This document shows positions 20,315 through 31,556 of a DNA stretch of 64,000 nucleotides, piece by piece. The notes under the pieces are model-generated. The model did no database searches, was not told the origin of the DNA, and saw only the letters and a program-made list of their open reading frames with translations. The first letter of the stretch is position 1. Each line of letters starts with the position of its first letter. This DNA comes from an uncultured Planctomycetota bacterium (GTDB lineage Bacteria > Planctomycetota > Planctomycetia > Isosphaerales > Isosphaeraceae): contig CAWGMQ010000008.1 in NCBI GenBank assembly GCA_963823665.1, positions 1,248,001-1,312,000 on the forward strand, in the 5' to 3' direction. A program made the translations under genes and the position numbers.

Positions 20315-22724
20315 CTACGGCTCGGGGACGAGCCCGGAGGGCCCGTTACCTTTCTCGAGCTTGAAGTCGAGGACAACCTCGTGCTCGCCCGGGATGATGG
20401 CCCGTGAAACGGACGGTCGATAACCGTCGGCCGTGATTTGAACGAAGAAGGCAATACCGGCCCAATCGTAGGTAAATGGTGCGACCTCGAAGCGGCCGTT
20501 CTGGGCAGGTTTTCCGCCGCGCTCGAAAATCGGGCCGTTATGCCCGCGCACGCCTGTGATCACTTTAAAGGCGGGTATGGGCTGCCCGCTCTTTGCATCG
20601 GTCACAGACCCTCGAATCCGGATCTCGGGATTGAGGGTGATCTTGATGGCGCCCGTCTGCGCGGCGGCCTGGCGCTCGCGCCATCAGGCACCCGGTCTTG
20701 GCGACGTGAAACTTAATTTCCCCCTCCGTCGGGGCGCTCAGCCAGAGGAATCGGCCCTCGCTGTCAGTCGTGGCTTTCCAGTCGAAGACGTGACACTCCT
20801 GCCATCGCGGCTCGACGTGAGCGCCGGCGACCGGCGTGCCCTGCGAATCGACCACTTGACCACTGAAAGGCCGCCCGGGAGCGAGCTCAAAGTCGAGCAC
20901 GGGAATGGCGTCGCCGGGCACGAGCATTTTCCAGGCCGGCGAGAAACCGACCGCTTCGACGCTCAGGCAGAACCGCCCCAGCGTGGGCTTGTCATCCGCG
21001 TGGGCGAACAGGAATCGCCCAGCCTGGTCAGTCTTGGTGCGGAGAAAGTCACCGGAGTTTGCCGAGTAGGCCAGAACAACCGTCGCGCCAGAAACGGCCT
21101 TCCCGTGAGCATCATGGGCTTGACCGGAAATTTGGACGCCGCTTCTCAGCATGAACGCTTCGGTCATGGCGCGGGCCGTCTTGAGAGTGAGCCGCCGCGA
21201 GTATCCTCGTGAGTCGCTGACGTGATCGGGATGTGAGACATAGAACCAAAGGCGCGTCGTTTGCTCTGCGTCCTCTGGCAAGGCCGAACAGCGCCACCGG
21301 CCATTTTCGTCGGTCTTGACGGCGATCGACGGAAAACCGGCATAGATCGACCTATTGTCTCCCTGCGGAAGGTCGATGTCGGGTTCCACGGTCTTCCTCC
21401 GATCGAGTGCGACCTCCACAAGGGCGCCGGCGACTGGCCGGCCTTCTTCATCCCTCACGAATCCGCCGATTGGAGACCCGGGCTCGAGCTGGCGCAGCCA
21501 TGTCGCAGGTAGAACCTGCCTCAACTCGCCTTGCGGCCAGGAATCGGCGATCGGCACGAAACCGTCCTTACCGGCGAAAATGGTCACTATCGCAACGCCC
21601 TGCGGAAGGTCGAACTTGCATGAGCCCTGAGCGTCAGTCGGGCCTTTCTGCTCCTGCCGCGTGCCATCGCGCAAGATCGAGACTTCGACCGCCGCGCCGA
21701 CGATTGGCTGTTTGGAGGAGCGGCTTACCAAGCGCACTTCGAGGTGCTGCAAACCGGATTTTTCAGCCGTCTGGGTGCGCTCGCTCACAGGCGCTGCCGC
21801 TGCCGCTTGCTTTTGTTGTTCGGCGAGGGTTGCGGAGATGCCCGCACGGACCAGGCCGAGGATGACCAATCCCGCGGCGATTGTAAGGAAAGCCATCGCC
21901 AGAGACGCGGCTCCAGACACGGTCATGGCGCGGGTGACGCTTTGCGCGAGCGCGACGGCGGAGGCTGAGATCACCGTGGTGGCCGAAGGCGCCGCTCGAC
22001 CGGCCAGAAGCGTGGCCATTCCGGCCCTGGTCGTGGACTCAAGAAGGGCTGGCGGAACAACTGGCGGGAGAGCTTGCTCGAGCGCCGGGCCAGCCAGAGG
22101 AAGAACGGCTGGGGCGACTCCGCGGCGGATCAGGCGCTTGCGGAGGGCGGCGCGGGCGCGGGCGAGCCGGCCTCGCACGGCGTCCTCGCTCCAGCCGAGT
22201 CGCTGCGCCGCGCTGCGTTGCGACTCGCCTTCCAGGTCGACGAGCACGATGACGGATCGCTGGGCGGCGGGGAGCTGCGCGATTTCCTGATCGACCACGG
22301 CGCATTGCTCATTCCTGGCGACGAAGCAATCGGGCGCCTCGGCCACTGTGCCGCATTCCGGCTTTGCCGCGGATTGCTCGAGCGCTCGCCGCCGGGCCGC
22401 GTCGGAGCGGGCACGCGCGGCAACTCGATAGGCAACGCCATGAAGCCAGGGGCCCAGTCGATGCCGATCACCGAGTGTTCTGGCCCTCTGTACCAGGACC
22501 AGGAACGTCGCCTGGAACGCGTCGTCGACGTCATGCGGGCTGACGAGCAGGCGGCGGCAAACGCCCAGAACCATCGGCCCATGCCGTTCGACGAGTGCCT
22601 CGAGCGCCGGCTCTTCACGGCTGGAGACGACTCGCGAGAGCAAGGCGTTCTCATCCAGCCCGAGGGTTGTGCCTTCCTCAAAAAGCCGGTCGATTTCTCG
22701 GACGTAGCGATGGTCGCTCGGCAT
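20315..22724 (-). CDS. Planctomycete membrane-anchored ECF sigma factor with carboxypeptidase-regulatory-like beta-sandwich repeats; frameshift ~20670
   Basis: RHGPMVLGVCRR, DDAFQATFLVL, AVRGRLARAR; TM segment; repeated G.V.D..G.PV.GA.V ... TD..GRF units. Confidence 0.85.
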
Positions 22725-22925
22725 GTGGTCATCCCCGTGGCAGGCCGCGTAAGCTGGTTCTGTCATACATACTGCACGAAATCGCGCGGACCGCACGAGG
22801 GAGCGAGCGTTTTTTTGGGGAATCGCGCGCCGCGGCCTCCCTTCAGCTCGCCCCATTGACCGCGAACCGTTGCCCGGTCTAGAATTGTCTGTGTGGGAAC
22901 GCACTGTGTGCGTGGGGGTTGTGTC

Positions 22926-23003
22926 ATGCGATTGTCGGCGGCGAGCCTTCGGCTACACCTTAACCTTCTTGCCCTTATTATCGGGGCGGGGAGGGCTTCT
23001 TAG
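22926..23003 (+). CDS. Putative leuA leader peptide MRLSAASLRLHLNLLALIIGAGRAS (25 aa, 7 Leu)
   Basis: Manual translation. Leu codons are TTG, CTT, CTA, CTT, CTT, CTT, CTT. Lies directly upstream of a terminator and leuA. Confidence 0.8.
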   Translation: MRLSAASLRLHLNLLALIIGAGRAS

Positions 23004-23040
23004 GGTTCGTCGACTGCTTGCTCCAATGCGAAACAACGAC

Positions 23041-23081
23041 GCCCCGAGAGCCGCCCGCAGGTGGATCTCGGGGCTTTTTTT
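23041..23081 (+). terminator. Intrinsic terminator of the leuA attenuator
   Basis: Stem GCCCCGAGA (23041-49) / TCTCGGGGC (23066-74), inner CCGCC/GGTGG pairing, followed by T7. Confidence 0.85.
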
Positions 23082-23174
23082 CGGCCTCGGCCTCCGGCGG
23101 ACTGGCCGCCAGTCGGTTCCGGCCATGCGTGACGTGTGACCCGACCAGCAACATTCTGAGGAAAGGGCCGATTC

Positions 23175-24794
23175 ATGAGCGAAGCGAACACGACCGAGTC
23201 ATCGCCGGCTTCACCGGCCTACCCGTCCGATTCGAACCGGGTGAAGATCTTCGATACCACGCTGCGTGACGGCGAACAATCGCCGGGCGCGAGCATGGTG
23301 ATGGCCGAGAAGATTGAAGTTGCCCGGGCGCTGGCGGCGCTCGGCGTGGATGTGATCGAAGCGGGGTTTCCGATCGCCTCAGTCGGCGACTTCGAGGCCG
23401 TGCGGGCCATCGCGGCGGAAGTCACCGGCTCGTCGGTCTGTGGACTGGCGCGGTGCAACGATCGCGATATCGACCGTGCCTGGGAAGCCATCCAGTACGC
23501 TCAGAAACCGCGGATTCACGTCTTTCTCGCCACGTCGGCGATTCACCGCGAGCACAAGCTGCGAATGAGCAAAACGCAGATCATCGAGAAGGCGGTCGCC
23601 AGCGTGCGCCGGGCCAAGGGATATTGCCCCGACATCGAATTCAGCCCCGAGGACTCAGCCCGTACCGAGATTGACTTTCTTTGCGAAGTGGTCGAAGCGG
23701 CGATCGAAGCCGGGGCCACGACTGTGAACATTCCGGACACCGTCGGTTACGCCACGCCGATGCAGTATGGCAACCTGATCCGCACTTTGAAACAGCGCGT
23801 GACAAACATCGACCGTGCGGTCATCAGCACTCACTGCCACGACGACCTGGGCCTGGCGGTGGCCAACAGCCTGGCTGGGTGTGAGGCAGGCGCGCGCCAG
23901 GTGGAGTGTACGATCAACGGCATCGGCGAGCGGGCCGGGAATGCGGCGCTCGAGGAAGTCGTGATGGCGCTGGCGACTCGCTTTGACTACTACGGACTGA
24001 CGACCGGCATCAAGACCGAGCGGCTCTATCCGATGAGCCGGATGCTTTCGGCCGTGACCGGGCTGGCCGTGCAGCGGAACAAGGCGATCGTGGGTCGAAA
24101 TGCGTTTGCGCACGAGTCGGGCATCCATCAAGACGGGATGCTCAAGGAGCGGTCGACGTATGAGATCATGCGGCCGGAAGACGTCGGTGTGCCGCGCACC
24201 GACCTGGTGCTGGGGAAGCATTCCGGCCGGCATGCGCTACGCGATCGCGTCTCGGAGATGGGATACACCTTGACCGACGAGATGTTCGAGAACGTGTTTA
24301 ACGACTTCAAGGCGCTCGCCGACAAGAAGAAGGAGATCTACGACGAAGACCTGGTGGTGCTGATCGAGAACCACCTCGAGACGACGCCGGCGCACTGGCA
24401 GCTTGTTGGCTTGCACACGACGGCGGGCCTCTCCGTTCTGCCGACGGCGACGGTGGCGATTCGACGGCCCGACGGCGAGATCGTTCAGGACGCCGCGATT
24501 GGCGACGGCCCGGTCGATGCAATTTTCAAGGCAGTCGAGCGGGTGACGGGCGTGCGTGCGAACCTGAAAGAGTTCGTCGTTCGCAGCGTTTCGCAGGGCA
24601 AAGATGCGCAGGGCGAGGTGACGCTCGAGCTGGAAGTGGAGAGCAACGACCGCGCGTTCCGCGGACGGGCGGCATCGACGGACATTATCGAGGCGTCGGC
24701 ACAGGCTTATATCAACGCCGTCAATGCAATTGCGACGCACCGGGAGCGGGGGCTGGTGCGCGAGGTGGTGGGGAGACCGGGGGCGGGGGCGTGA
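23175..24794 (+). CDS. leuA: 2-isopropylmalate synthase
   Basis: [40 protein letters not shown], plus C-terminal regulatory domain (GDGPVDA). Confidence 0.97.
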   Translation: MSEANTTESSPASPAYPSDSNRVKIFDTTLRDGEQSPGASMVMAEKIEVARALAALGVDVIEAGFPIASVGDFEAVRAIAAEVTGSSVCGLARCNDRDIDRAWEAIQYAQKPRIHVFLATSAIHREHKLRMSKTQIIEKAVASVRRAKGYCPDIEFSPEDSARTEIDFLCEVVEAAIEAGATTVNIPDTVGYATPMQYGNLIRTLKQRVTNIDRAVISTHCHDDLGLAVANSLAGCEAGARQVECTINGIGERAGNAALEEVVMALATRFDYYGLTTGIKTERLYPMSRMLSAVTGLAVQRNKAIVGRNAFAHESGIHQDGMLKERSTYEIMRPEDVGVPRTDLVLGKHSGRHALRDRVSEMGYTLTDEMFENVFNDFKALADKKKEIYDEDLVVLIENHLETTPAHWQLVGLHTTAGLSVLPTATVAIRRPDGEIVQDAAIGDGPVDAIFKAVERVTGVRANLKEFVVRSVSQGKDAQGEVTLELEVESNDRAFRGRAASTDIIEASAQAYINAVNAIATHRERGLVREVVGRPGAGA

Positions 24795-24888
24795 GGAATG
24801 CTGCCGTTGAATCGCCCCGGGCACCAGAAGTAGACTGGTATCGAGGATTTGAACGAACGGAACACGACGGCGGTTGGTGCATTCGGCC

Positions 24889-25194
24889 ATGAGTGATGTT
24901 GATACGCTCCCCGCGCCTGATTTTGCTCGCAAGCAGGGCGCGTACCCCGCATGGGAAGAGGAACGTCGCGCGTTCCTCCGTCTCCTGCCGACGCTGTTTC
25001 CGACCTACGCCGGCAAGTACGTCGCGATTCACCACGCATCCGTTATCGCGGAGGGTTGGGATCAGATCGATGTCGCAAAGCAAGCTTACGCTCGAGCGGG
25101 ATACGTTCCGATCTATGTCGGCTTGGTGACCAGCGAACCGCCTGAGCCAGTCCGATTGCCATCTCCGAGGCTGCTGCCTCGCGGGCAGCACTGA
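24889..25194 (+). CDS. Small DUF5678-like protein
   Basis: E..AF.RLLP.L...YAGKYVAIH...VI pattern; TGATG coupling to the next gene. Confidence 0.6.
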   Translation: MSDVDTLPAPDFARKQGAYPAWEEERRAFLRLLPTLFPTYAGKYVAIHHASVIAEGWDQIDVAKQAYARAGYVPIYVGLVTSEPPEPVRLPSPRLLPRGQH

Positions 25195-25577
25195 TGGTCC
25201 GGTACGCGTACAATCGGCAGGTGACGCCACCAGCGCCTTTCGTTCATGTTTCGGTGCGAGCACCGTATGATGGATCCGCCGGAGTCGAGATTCCTGGCCA
25301 ACTCGATATAGGCGCTGATGTGGCGGTGATCCCCAGCAGCCTGATCGACGCGCTCAAACTCATGCCGCTCGACTCGATCTTGGCTGTCGGATTCGGCGGA
25401 CAAGTCCTCACAGTCCCAACTTACTTGGTCGAACTATGCATCCGGGGTTTGAGTCCAGTCACCATCAAGGTGATCGCAAGCCCCGATGAGGAGCGTTACG
25501 CGCTGCTCGGTAGAGATTTACTCAATCGGTTCAGGATCTCTCTCGATGGACCAAATCTCGCTGTCGAGCTGTCCTGA
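25194..25577 (+). CDS. Retropepsin-like (clan AA) aspartic protease domain protein
   Basis: LDIGADVAVIP (variant of DTGA) and ALLGRDLL; 127 aa. Confidence 0.8.
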   Translation: MVRYAYNRQVTPPAPFVHVSVRAPYDGSAGVEIPGQLDIGADVAVIPSSLIDALKLMPLDSILAVGFGGQVLTVPTYLVELCIRGLSPVTIKVIASPDEERYALLGRDLLNRFRISLDGPNLAVELS

Positions 25578-25616
25578 AGCACTGCGATTCTTCAGATCGC
25601 GCTGAGGGAGCTGAAA

Positions 25617-26276
25617 GTGCTTCCAACCGAGCTTTACGTTGAACAAGCGAGACACTGGCCGAAAGAAGGCCGGCACATCCTCGCACATTACGAAGACGAA
25701 AGCATCATCGTGTATCAGGCGTATCGCCCTGCCATCGGCAGCTTCGCGGCCAAACACGGCAAGTTCGGCGGGGAGTTCAGTTACTCGCGGATGAGCTGGG
25801 TGAAGCCGAACTTCCTGTGGATGATGTATCGGTCCGGCTGGGGCACCAAGGAGGGTCAAGAAATTACGTTGGCGCTTCGCCTGAGCAGGCGGTTCTTCGA
25901 GTCTCTACTGGCTCAAGCCATTCGATCCTCATGGGACCGAAGCATGTTCGCCACGGAAGAGCTATGGTCACAGGCCGTGGACCGATCATCGGTCCGTATG
26001 CAGTGGGACCCTGACCACGACCCAGCGGGGACAGCGCTCGAGCGGCGGGCGATCCAACTGGGGTTGCGTCGGGAAGTGCTCGAGGCGTTCGGTCAGCGCG
26101 AATTGTTGGAGGTCATCGATCTGTCGGAGTTCGTGGCCGAGCAACGGGCGCGGTTGTCATCTGTGGGCGTCAGCGCGCTCGCGCCACCGCGCGAGCGAGT
26201 GTATCTGCCGAATGATCCGGCAGTGGTCGCTCGGCTCAGACTCGATGTCCCCGCATCAGAATCCCGGCGCATGTGA
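25617..26276 (+). CDS. DUF4291 family protein
   Basis: IIVYQAY, RMSWVKPNFLWMMYRSGWGTK, VRMQWDPD, RRAIQLGL. Confidence 0.88.
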   Translation: MLPTELYVEQARHWPKEGRHILAHYEDESIIVYQAYRPAIGSFAAKHGKFGGEFSYSRMSWVKPNFLWMMYRSGWGTKEGQEITLALRLSRRFFESLLAQAIRSSWDRSMFATEELWSQAVDRSSVRMQWDPDHDPAGTALERRAIQLGLRREVLEAFGQRELLEVIDLSEFVAEQRARLSSVGVSALAPPRERVYLPNDPAVVARLRLDVPASESRRM

Positions 26277-26365
26277 CCGGATCTCGCGCACGCCCTGCAC
26301 GATGCTCATTCGCTTTTGCTTGACGACGCGGCTTGACGGGGGCACCGACGTATCACGACAATAAC

Positions 26366-26383
26366 AAACGAACCGTCCTGTTT
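26366..26383 (+). promoter_or_regulatory. Putative TetR operator 1
   Basis: AAACGAACCGTCCTGTTT, just downstream of TTGACG (26333)-N18-GACAAT; similar to operator 2. Confidence 0.5.
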
Positions 26384-26396
26384 TGTGAGAAGACCA

Positions 26397-27023
26397 ATGA
26401 AAGCCGTCACGCAGCCGCGAGCATTCGAGACACGGAAGAAGATCCTCCGGGCGGCGGCCCGCCTGTTTGCCCTGAAGGGATATCACGACTCCAAGCTGGA
26501 GGAGGTCCTGGACACCGCCCAGGTGTCCAAGGGCGCGTTCTTCCACCAATTCCGCGACCGGGAGGATCTGGGTTTCGCGGTTCTGGACTGGCACATGGAG
26601 CAGCGCCGACGACTGCTCGACGCCATCGAGGGAGAATTTCCGCTCGCCAAGCAGGCTGATCCGCTTCAGAAAGTCTTTCGGCGGCTGGATGCTATCCAGG
26701 AAATGGTCCGGCGCCGGGAGGGCCGCAAGGGGGGCTGCATCATCGGCAACATGAGCACGGCTCTCAGTGATTGCCACGACAGTTTCCGGAAACGACTGGC
26801 CGAGTGTTTCGACGAAATGGCGAACGAGTTCCTCCCCCACTTGCAGGAAGCGGCACGGCAGGCACGCGTGAGGAGGCGCACGAACACCACCGAGCTGGCA
26901 CGGTATATCATCACCGTCGTCGAGGGGGCGATCATGCAGGCGCGCACGCTCGGCGACGCTGAGCTTATCCCCCGTCAGTTGGCGTATCTGAAAGAACACT
27001 TGAAGAAATGTCTTGAGGCGTGA
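26397..27023 (+). CDS. TetR/AcrR family regulator (NemR/LmrA-like)
   Basis: TRKKILRAAARLFALKGY..VSKGAFFHQF; GGCIIGNMSTAL. Confidence 0.92.
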   Translation: MKAVTQPRAFETRKKILRAAARLFALKGYHDSKLEEVLDTAQVSKGAFFHQFRDREDLGFAVLDWHMEQRRRLLDAIEGEFPLAKQADPLQKVFRRLDAIQEMVRRREGRKGGCIIGNMSTALSDCHDSFRKRLAECFDEMANEFLPHLQEAARQARVRRRTNTTELARYIITVVEGAIMQARTLGDAELIPRQLAYLKEHLKKCLEA

Positions 27024-27051
27024 AACCTGGCGGTTCTGGTGGGGTATTAGC

Positions 27052-27069
27052 AGACAGACTGGTTGGTTT
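27052..27069 (+). promoter_or_regulatory. Putative TetR operator 2
   Basis: AGACAGACTGGTTGGTTT; same imperfect palindrome (consensus ~AAACAGACCGGTCTGTTT), upstream of the DUF1501 gene. Confidence 0.5.
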
Positions 27070-27192
27070 GTTTTTTCCAAACAGACACCCGTGACCTGCA
27101 GTGTGTCGCCGTTTCCGTCTTAGTGGATCAGGCATTCCTTGGTCGAGGCTGTCACGCCGGACGAGCGGCATGAGGAGAACGTGGAGAAACCG

Positions 27193-28642
27193 ATGCACCG
27201 CGAGCAACCACGATGGGAAGACGGCTTTCTGACGCGCCGGAACTTACTCTGTCGCGGTGGTATGGGCATGGGTGCGCTTGCACTGGCAGGTATCATGGGG
27301 GATGCGCTCGGGAGAGCGACGTGCTCGGCGAGCAGCGTCGACTCGCCGCTTCAGCCGAAGCAACCACACTTTGCCGCCAAGGCCAAGCGGGTGATTCACC
27401 TGTTCCTGAACGGCGGTCCGTCCCACGTCGATACCTTCGACCACAAACCGGCCCTCGAGCAATACCACGGCCAGGAACTCCCTAAAAGCATGCATCTGGT
27501 AACCGAACGGCGAACCGGCACCGTTATGAGGTCGCCCTTCAAGTTCCAGCGCTACGGTCAGAGCGGGATCGAAGTCAGTGAGATTTTTTCGCACATCGGG
27601 GAGTGCATCGACGACATCGCAGTGATCCGTTCCATGCAGGCGGACGTGCCAAACCATATACCGTCGATCCTGCTGATGAACTGCGGGGACGGGCGGTTGG
27701 TGCGGCCCAGTCTCGGGTCGTGGGTGACGTATGGTCTGGGTAGTGAGAACCAAAACCTACCCGGGTTTGTCGCCATGCGTCCCGGCGGATACCCGAACAA
27801 CGGCGGTGCCCAGAACTTTCGGGCGGGATTTCTGCCGGGCGCTTACCAGGGAACCTATATCGACACCCAGCATACGGCCATCGAAAGACTGATCGAGAAC
27901 ACCACCAACCGTCGTGTCTCAAACGCGGACCAGCGCCGGCAACTCGAACTACTACGGGAACTCAATGAAAGACACCGCAAGGAGCGCGACAAGAACGCGC
28001 AGATCGAGGCCCGCATCCAGTCCTTCGAGCTGGGCTCGCGCATGCAACTGGAAGCTGCGGAGGCGTTCGACATCAGTCGGGAACCCGAGTCGATCCGCCG
28101 AATGTACGGGTCAGGCACCGACGCCCGGACGATCCTGATCGCGCCGACTGGTGGAGCGTGGAGTCCGCTTCGTGCAGGCCTGGATCGGCAGCGATTGGGA
28201 CCACCACCAGAACCTGGAAGAAGGCCACCGCAATCTGGCCAGGCAGTGCGATCGGGCGATCGGCGCTTTACTGAAGGACCTTAAACAGCGGGGCATGCTT
28301 GACGACACCCTGGTCATCTGGGGAGGGGAATTCGGCCGCACCCCGACCGTGGAATTGCCGATGGGACTGCCCAACAACTTGAGGGGCAAGGGCCGCGACC
28401 ACAACCATCACGGTTTCACGATGTGGCTGGCGGGCGGCGGCGTCAAGGGCGGGTACGTACACGGCGCCACTGACGAATTCGGCTTCCGGGCGGTCGAGCA
28501 GAAGGTCCATGTACACGACCTGCACGCCACGATTCTGCACTTGCTCGGTTTTGATCACACCAGGCTGACGTACCGCCACGCCAGCCGGGATTTTCGCCTC
28601 ACCGACGTGTACGGTGAAGTGGTGAACGAACTGATTGCCTGA
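27193..28642 (+). CDS. DUF1501 family protein (Tat signal); frameshift ~28145
   Basis: [60 protein letters not shown]. Confidence 0.9.
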
Positions 28643-28691
28643 CATCCCGGCGACGGCGGCGAGGGGCCCGCTGGATATTCCGAGGTTAAGG

Positions 28692-31529
28692 ATGAATCCC
28701 GTGCGAAGATCCTTCCTGAGCAACGCGAGCCGACTGTTGCTGGCGCTTTTGTTGGTTGCCGGTACGTCTCCCATGCTCCGCGCCGCTCCTGTTGACGCTA
28801 GCGATGCCAAGGGCGCTCAGTTCTTCGAAAAGAAGATTCGCCCGATACTGGCAAACACGTGTTATCAGTGCCACAGCCGCCAAAGCAAGAAGGTAAAGGG
28901 AGGACTGCTACTCGACAGCCACGAGGGGCTGCTCAAAGGAGGCGATTCCGGCCCAGTTTTTGTGACCGGCGATCCCGAGAAAAGTCTCCTGATCAAGGCC
29001 GTGCGATACAAGGATGAAGACCTGCGCATGCCGCCGGACGGCAAGAAGCTGACCGGGGACCAGGTTGCCGATCTCGAAGCTTGGGTGAAGATGGAAGCGC
29101 CTCTACCGCGAGCGGGCGCCCAGGAAGACAAGATCACTTCGAGTGCGCGCACGCATTGGGCCTTCCAACCGGTGAAGCGACCTGCCGTTCCCGCGGTCAA
29201 GAACGAGCGCTGGGTGCAATCACCGGTTGATGCGTTTATCCTGGCCAAGCTTGAAGCCACTGGAACGCAGCCGGCGCAAGCTGCGGACAAACGAACATTG
29301 ATTCGGCGGGCTACTTATGACTTGATCGGTTTGCCGCCGACACCCGAGGAGGTAGCGGCCTTCGTGGCGGACGAATCCTCGGACGCGTTCGCAACCGTCG
29401 TGGATCGTTTGCTCGCCTCGCGGCATTACGGCGAACGCTGGGGCCGTCACTGGCTGGATGTGGCCCGATACGCCAGTACCGACAGTCCCTATGCCTTTAC
29501 CTATCGCGATTACGTGATTCGCGCGTTCAATGACGATCTGCCTTACGATGAATTCCTTCTTCAACAACTTGCCGCGGATCAGCTTGAACTTGGCGAGAAC
29601 AAACAAGCGCTCGCCGCGCTTGGGTTCCTGACCTGCGGCCGGCAGTTCGAGAACAACGTCCACGACACGATTGACGACCGGATTGATGCGGTTTCGCGGG
29701 GGATGATGGCGCTTTCCGTGAGCTGCGCTCGCTGCCACGACCACAAATATGATCCGATTCCCACCCGCGATTATTACGCGCTGCACGGTGTGTTCGCCAG
29801 CTCCGTGGAGCCGGAGGAGATGCCCACCCTCGGCATTGCTCCCGATCCGAAAGCGTATGCGGATTATCTGTCGAAGCGCAAGCCGATGCAGTCGCGGTGG
29901 GACAACTTCATTCGCAAGCAAGAGGCGGAGGTACTCAAGCAGCACCGCAAGCAGACAGCCCAGTACCTGTTGCTCTCCCGGGAACCGGCCAAGCTGGCCG
30001 AGCTCGCCGGCGAGGATTTCGGGTTGAGCGACCGGAAAATACTGCGGACCGGCGCCGCGCGCTGGGTGACGGCGCTGGAAAGACTGAACCCGGAATCCGA
30101 TCCGATCTTCGCTCCCTGGTTCGCGTTTGCGGCGCTGCCGACCTCAGAATTCGCCGACCGCGCGAAGGTATTGTCGGCCAGAATCGCGGCGACTTCTCCG
30201 GGGCGGCCCCTGAACACCCTGGTGGTCCGGGCCTTTGCGGACGAACCACCGACCTCCTTGAAAGACGTCGCGCAGCGGTACGGCAAATTGTTCGAAGACG
30301 CCGACAAACGATGGCAAGAAACGCTGCACAGCGACGCCGCAAGCCGGGCACTGCTCGAACCCGACCAGGAAGCGCTACGCCAGGTGTTCTACGGCGCGGG
30401 CAGCCCTGGAAACTTACCGGCCGAGTTGATCCGGAGCCTATATAACGTACCGGCGCTCATGCAGATTTTGCCGCTCCGTGCAGAACTAACGCGCCTTGAC
30501 GCCAGTCATCCAGGCGCTCCCCAGCGTGCCATGGTGCTTGTGGACAGTCCGCAGCCGAAGAACAGCCGAGTCTTCATCCGTGGGAACCCGAATCGTCTGG
30601 GTGACGAGGTTCCCCGCCAGTTTCTCGCGATCCTGGCGGGGGACAAACGAAAGCCGTTCACCCGTGGCAGCGGTCGACTTGAGCTGGCCAGAGCCATCGC
30701 CAGCCGGGAGAATCCCCTTACAGCCCGGGTGATGGTCAACCGCCTCTGGCTCCATCATTTTGGCGCCGGTCTGGTGACTACTGCCGACGATTTTGGGTTG
30801 CGCTGCGACCCACCGAGCCATCCCGAATTGCTGGACTACCTCGCTTGGCGGTTCATGCAAGACGGCTGGTCGCTGAAGAAACTGCACCGTTTGTTGATGC
30901 TCTCCAGCGTCTACCAACAAAAGAGCGATGATGACCTTCGTGATGAGAAGCTCGATCCGGACAACCGGCTGCTGGCGAAAGCGAACGTCCGTCGGCTCGA
31001 CTTCGAATCGATGCGGGATACGCTGCTGTTTGTCGCGGGCGATCTTGACCCTTCCTTCGGGGGTCGTCCGGTCGATCTGCTCAAGCGCGGGACAGCGAGC
31101 CAGCAACCTTACTCCAATCGCCGCACGGTCTATGGAGTCATCGATCGCAATGACTTGCTTGCTTTGTTCCGCACCTTCGATTTTGCCAACCCGGATATTA
31201 CCACGGCCCAGCGTGACGCCACCACCGTGCCGCAACAATCGCTCTTTTTTCTGAACAGTCCATTCGTCATGGAACAAGCTTCCAAGCTGGTTAACCGGCC
31301 AGCCTTGCAACGGCTCGATGACGAAACGAAGCGGATTCGCCGCCTTTACCAACTTGTCTATCAACGCGAACCAAAGGCGGACGAAATCCAACTGGGACTT
31401 CGTTTCCTCGAGGCCAAGTCGGCTTCGACGGACTTCAAGGAGCAGACCCATGCGCAGCGGCCGCTTGAGCCCTGGGAACGCTATTGCCAGGTTCTGCTGA
31501 TGTCGAATGAACTGATGTTTGTGGATTAA
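28692..31529 (+). CDS. Planctomycete cytochrome c + DUF1549/DUF1553 (PSCyt1/PSCyt2/PSD1) protein
   Basis: CYQCH, HWAFQP, YGERWGRHWLDVARY, CARCHDHK, NPLTARVMVNRLW, PSHPELLD. Confidence 0.95.
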   Translation: MNPVRRSFLSNASRLLLALLLVAGTSPMLRAAPVDASDAKGAQFFEKKIRPILANTCYQCHSRQSKKVKGGLLLDSHEGLLKGGDSGPVFVTGDPEKSLLIKAVRYKDEDLRMPPDGKKLTGDQVADLEAWVKMEAPLPRAGAQEDKITSSARTHWAFQPVKRPAVPAVKNERWVQSPVDAFILAKLEATGTQPAQAADKRTLIRRATYDLIGLPPTPEEVAAFVADESSDAFATVVDRLLASRHYGERWGRHWLDVARYASTDSPYAFTYRDYVIRAFNDDLPYDEFLLQQLAADQLELGENKQALAALGFLTCGRQFENNVHDTIDDRIDAVSRGMMALSVSCARCHDHKYDPIPTRDYYALHGVFASSVEPEEMPTLGIAPDPKAYADYLSKRKPMQSRWDNFIRKQEAEVLKQHRKQTAQYLLLSREPAKLAELAGEDFGLSDRKILRTGAARWVTALERLNPESDPIFAPWFAFAALPTSEFADRAKVLSARIAATSPGRPLNTLVVRAFADEPPTSLKDVAQRYGKLFEDADKRWQETLHSDAASRALLEPDQEALRQVFYGAGSPGNLPAELIRSLYNVPALMQILPLRAELTRLDASHPGAPQRAMVLVDSPQPKNSRVFIRGNPNRLGDEVPRQFLAILAGDKRKPFTRGSGRLELARAIASRENPLTARVMVNRLWLHHFGAGLVTTADDFGLRCDPPSHPELLDYLAWRFMQDGWSLKKLHRLLMLSSVYQQKSDDDLRDEKLDPDNRLLAKANVRRLDFESMRDTLLFVAGDLDPSFGGRPVDLLKRGTASQQPYSNRRTVYGVIDRNDLLALFRTFDFANPDITTAQRDATTVPQQSLFFLNSPFVMEQASKLVNRPALQRLDDETKRIRRLYQLVYQREPKADEIQLGLRFLEAKSASTDFKEQTHAQRPLEPWERYCQVLLMSNELMFVD

Positions 31530-31556
31530 CCGACCCTCGCGAAGGGAGAGAAAGCC

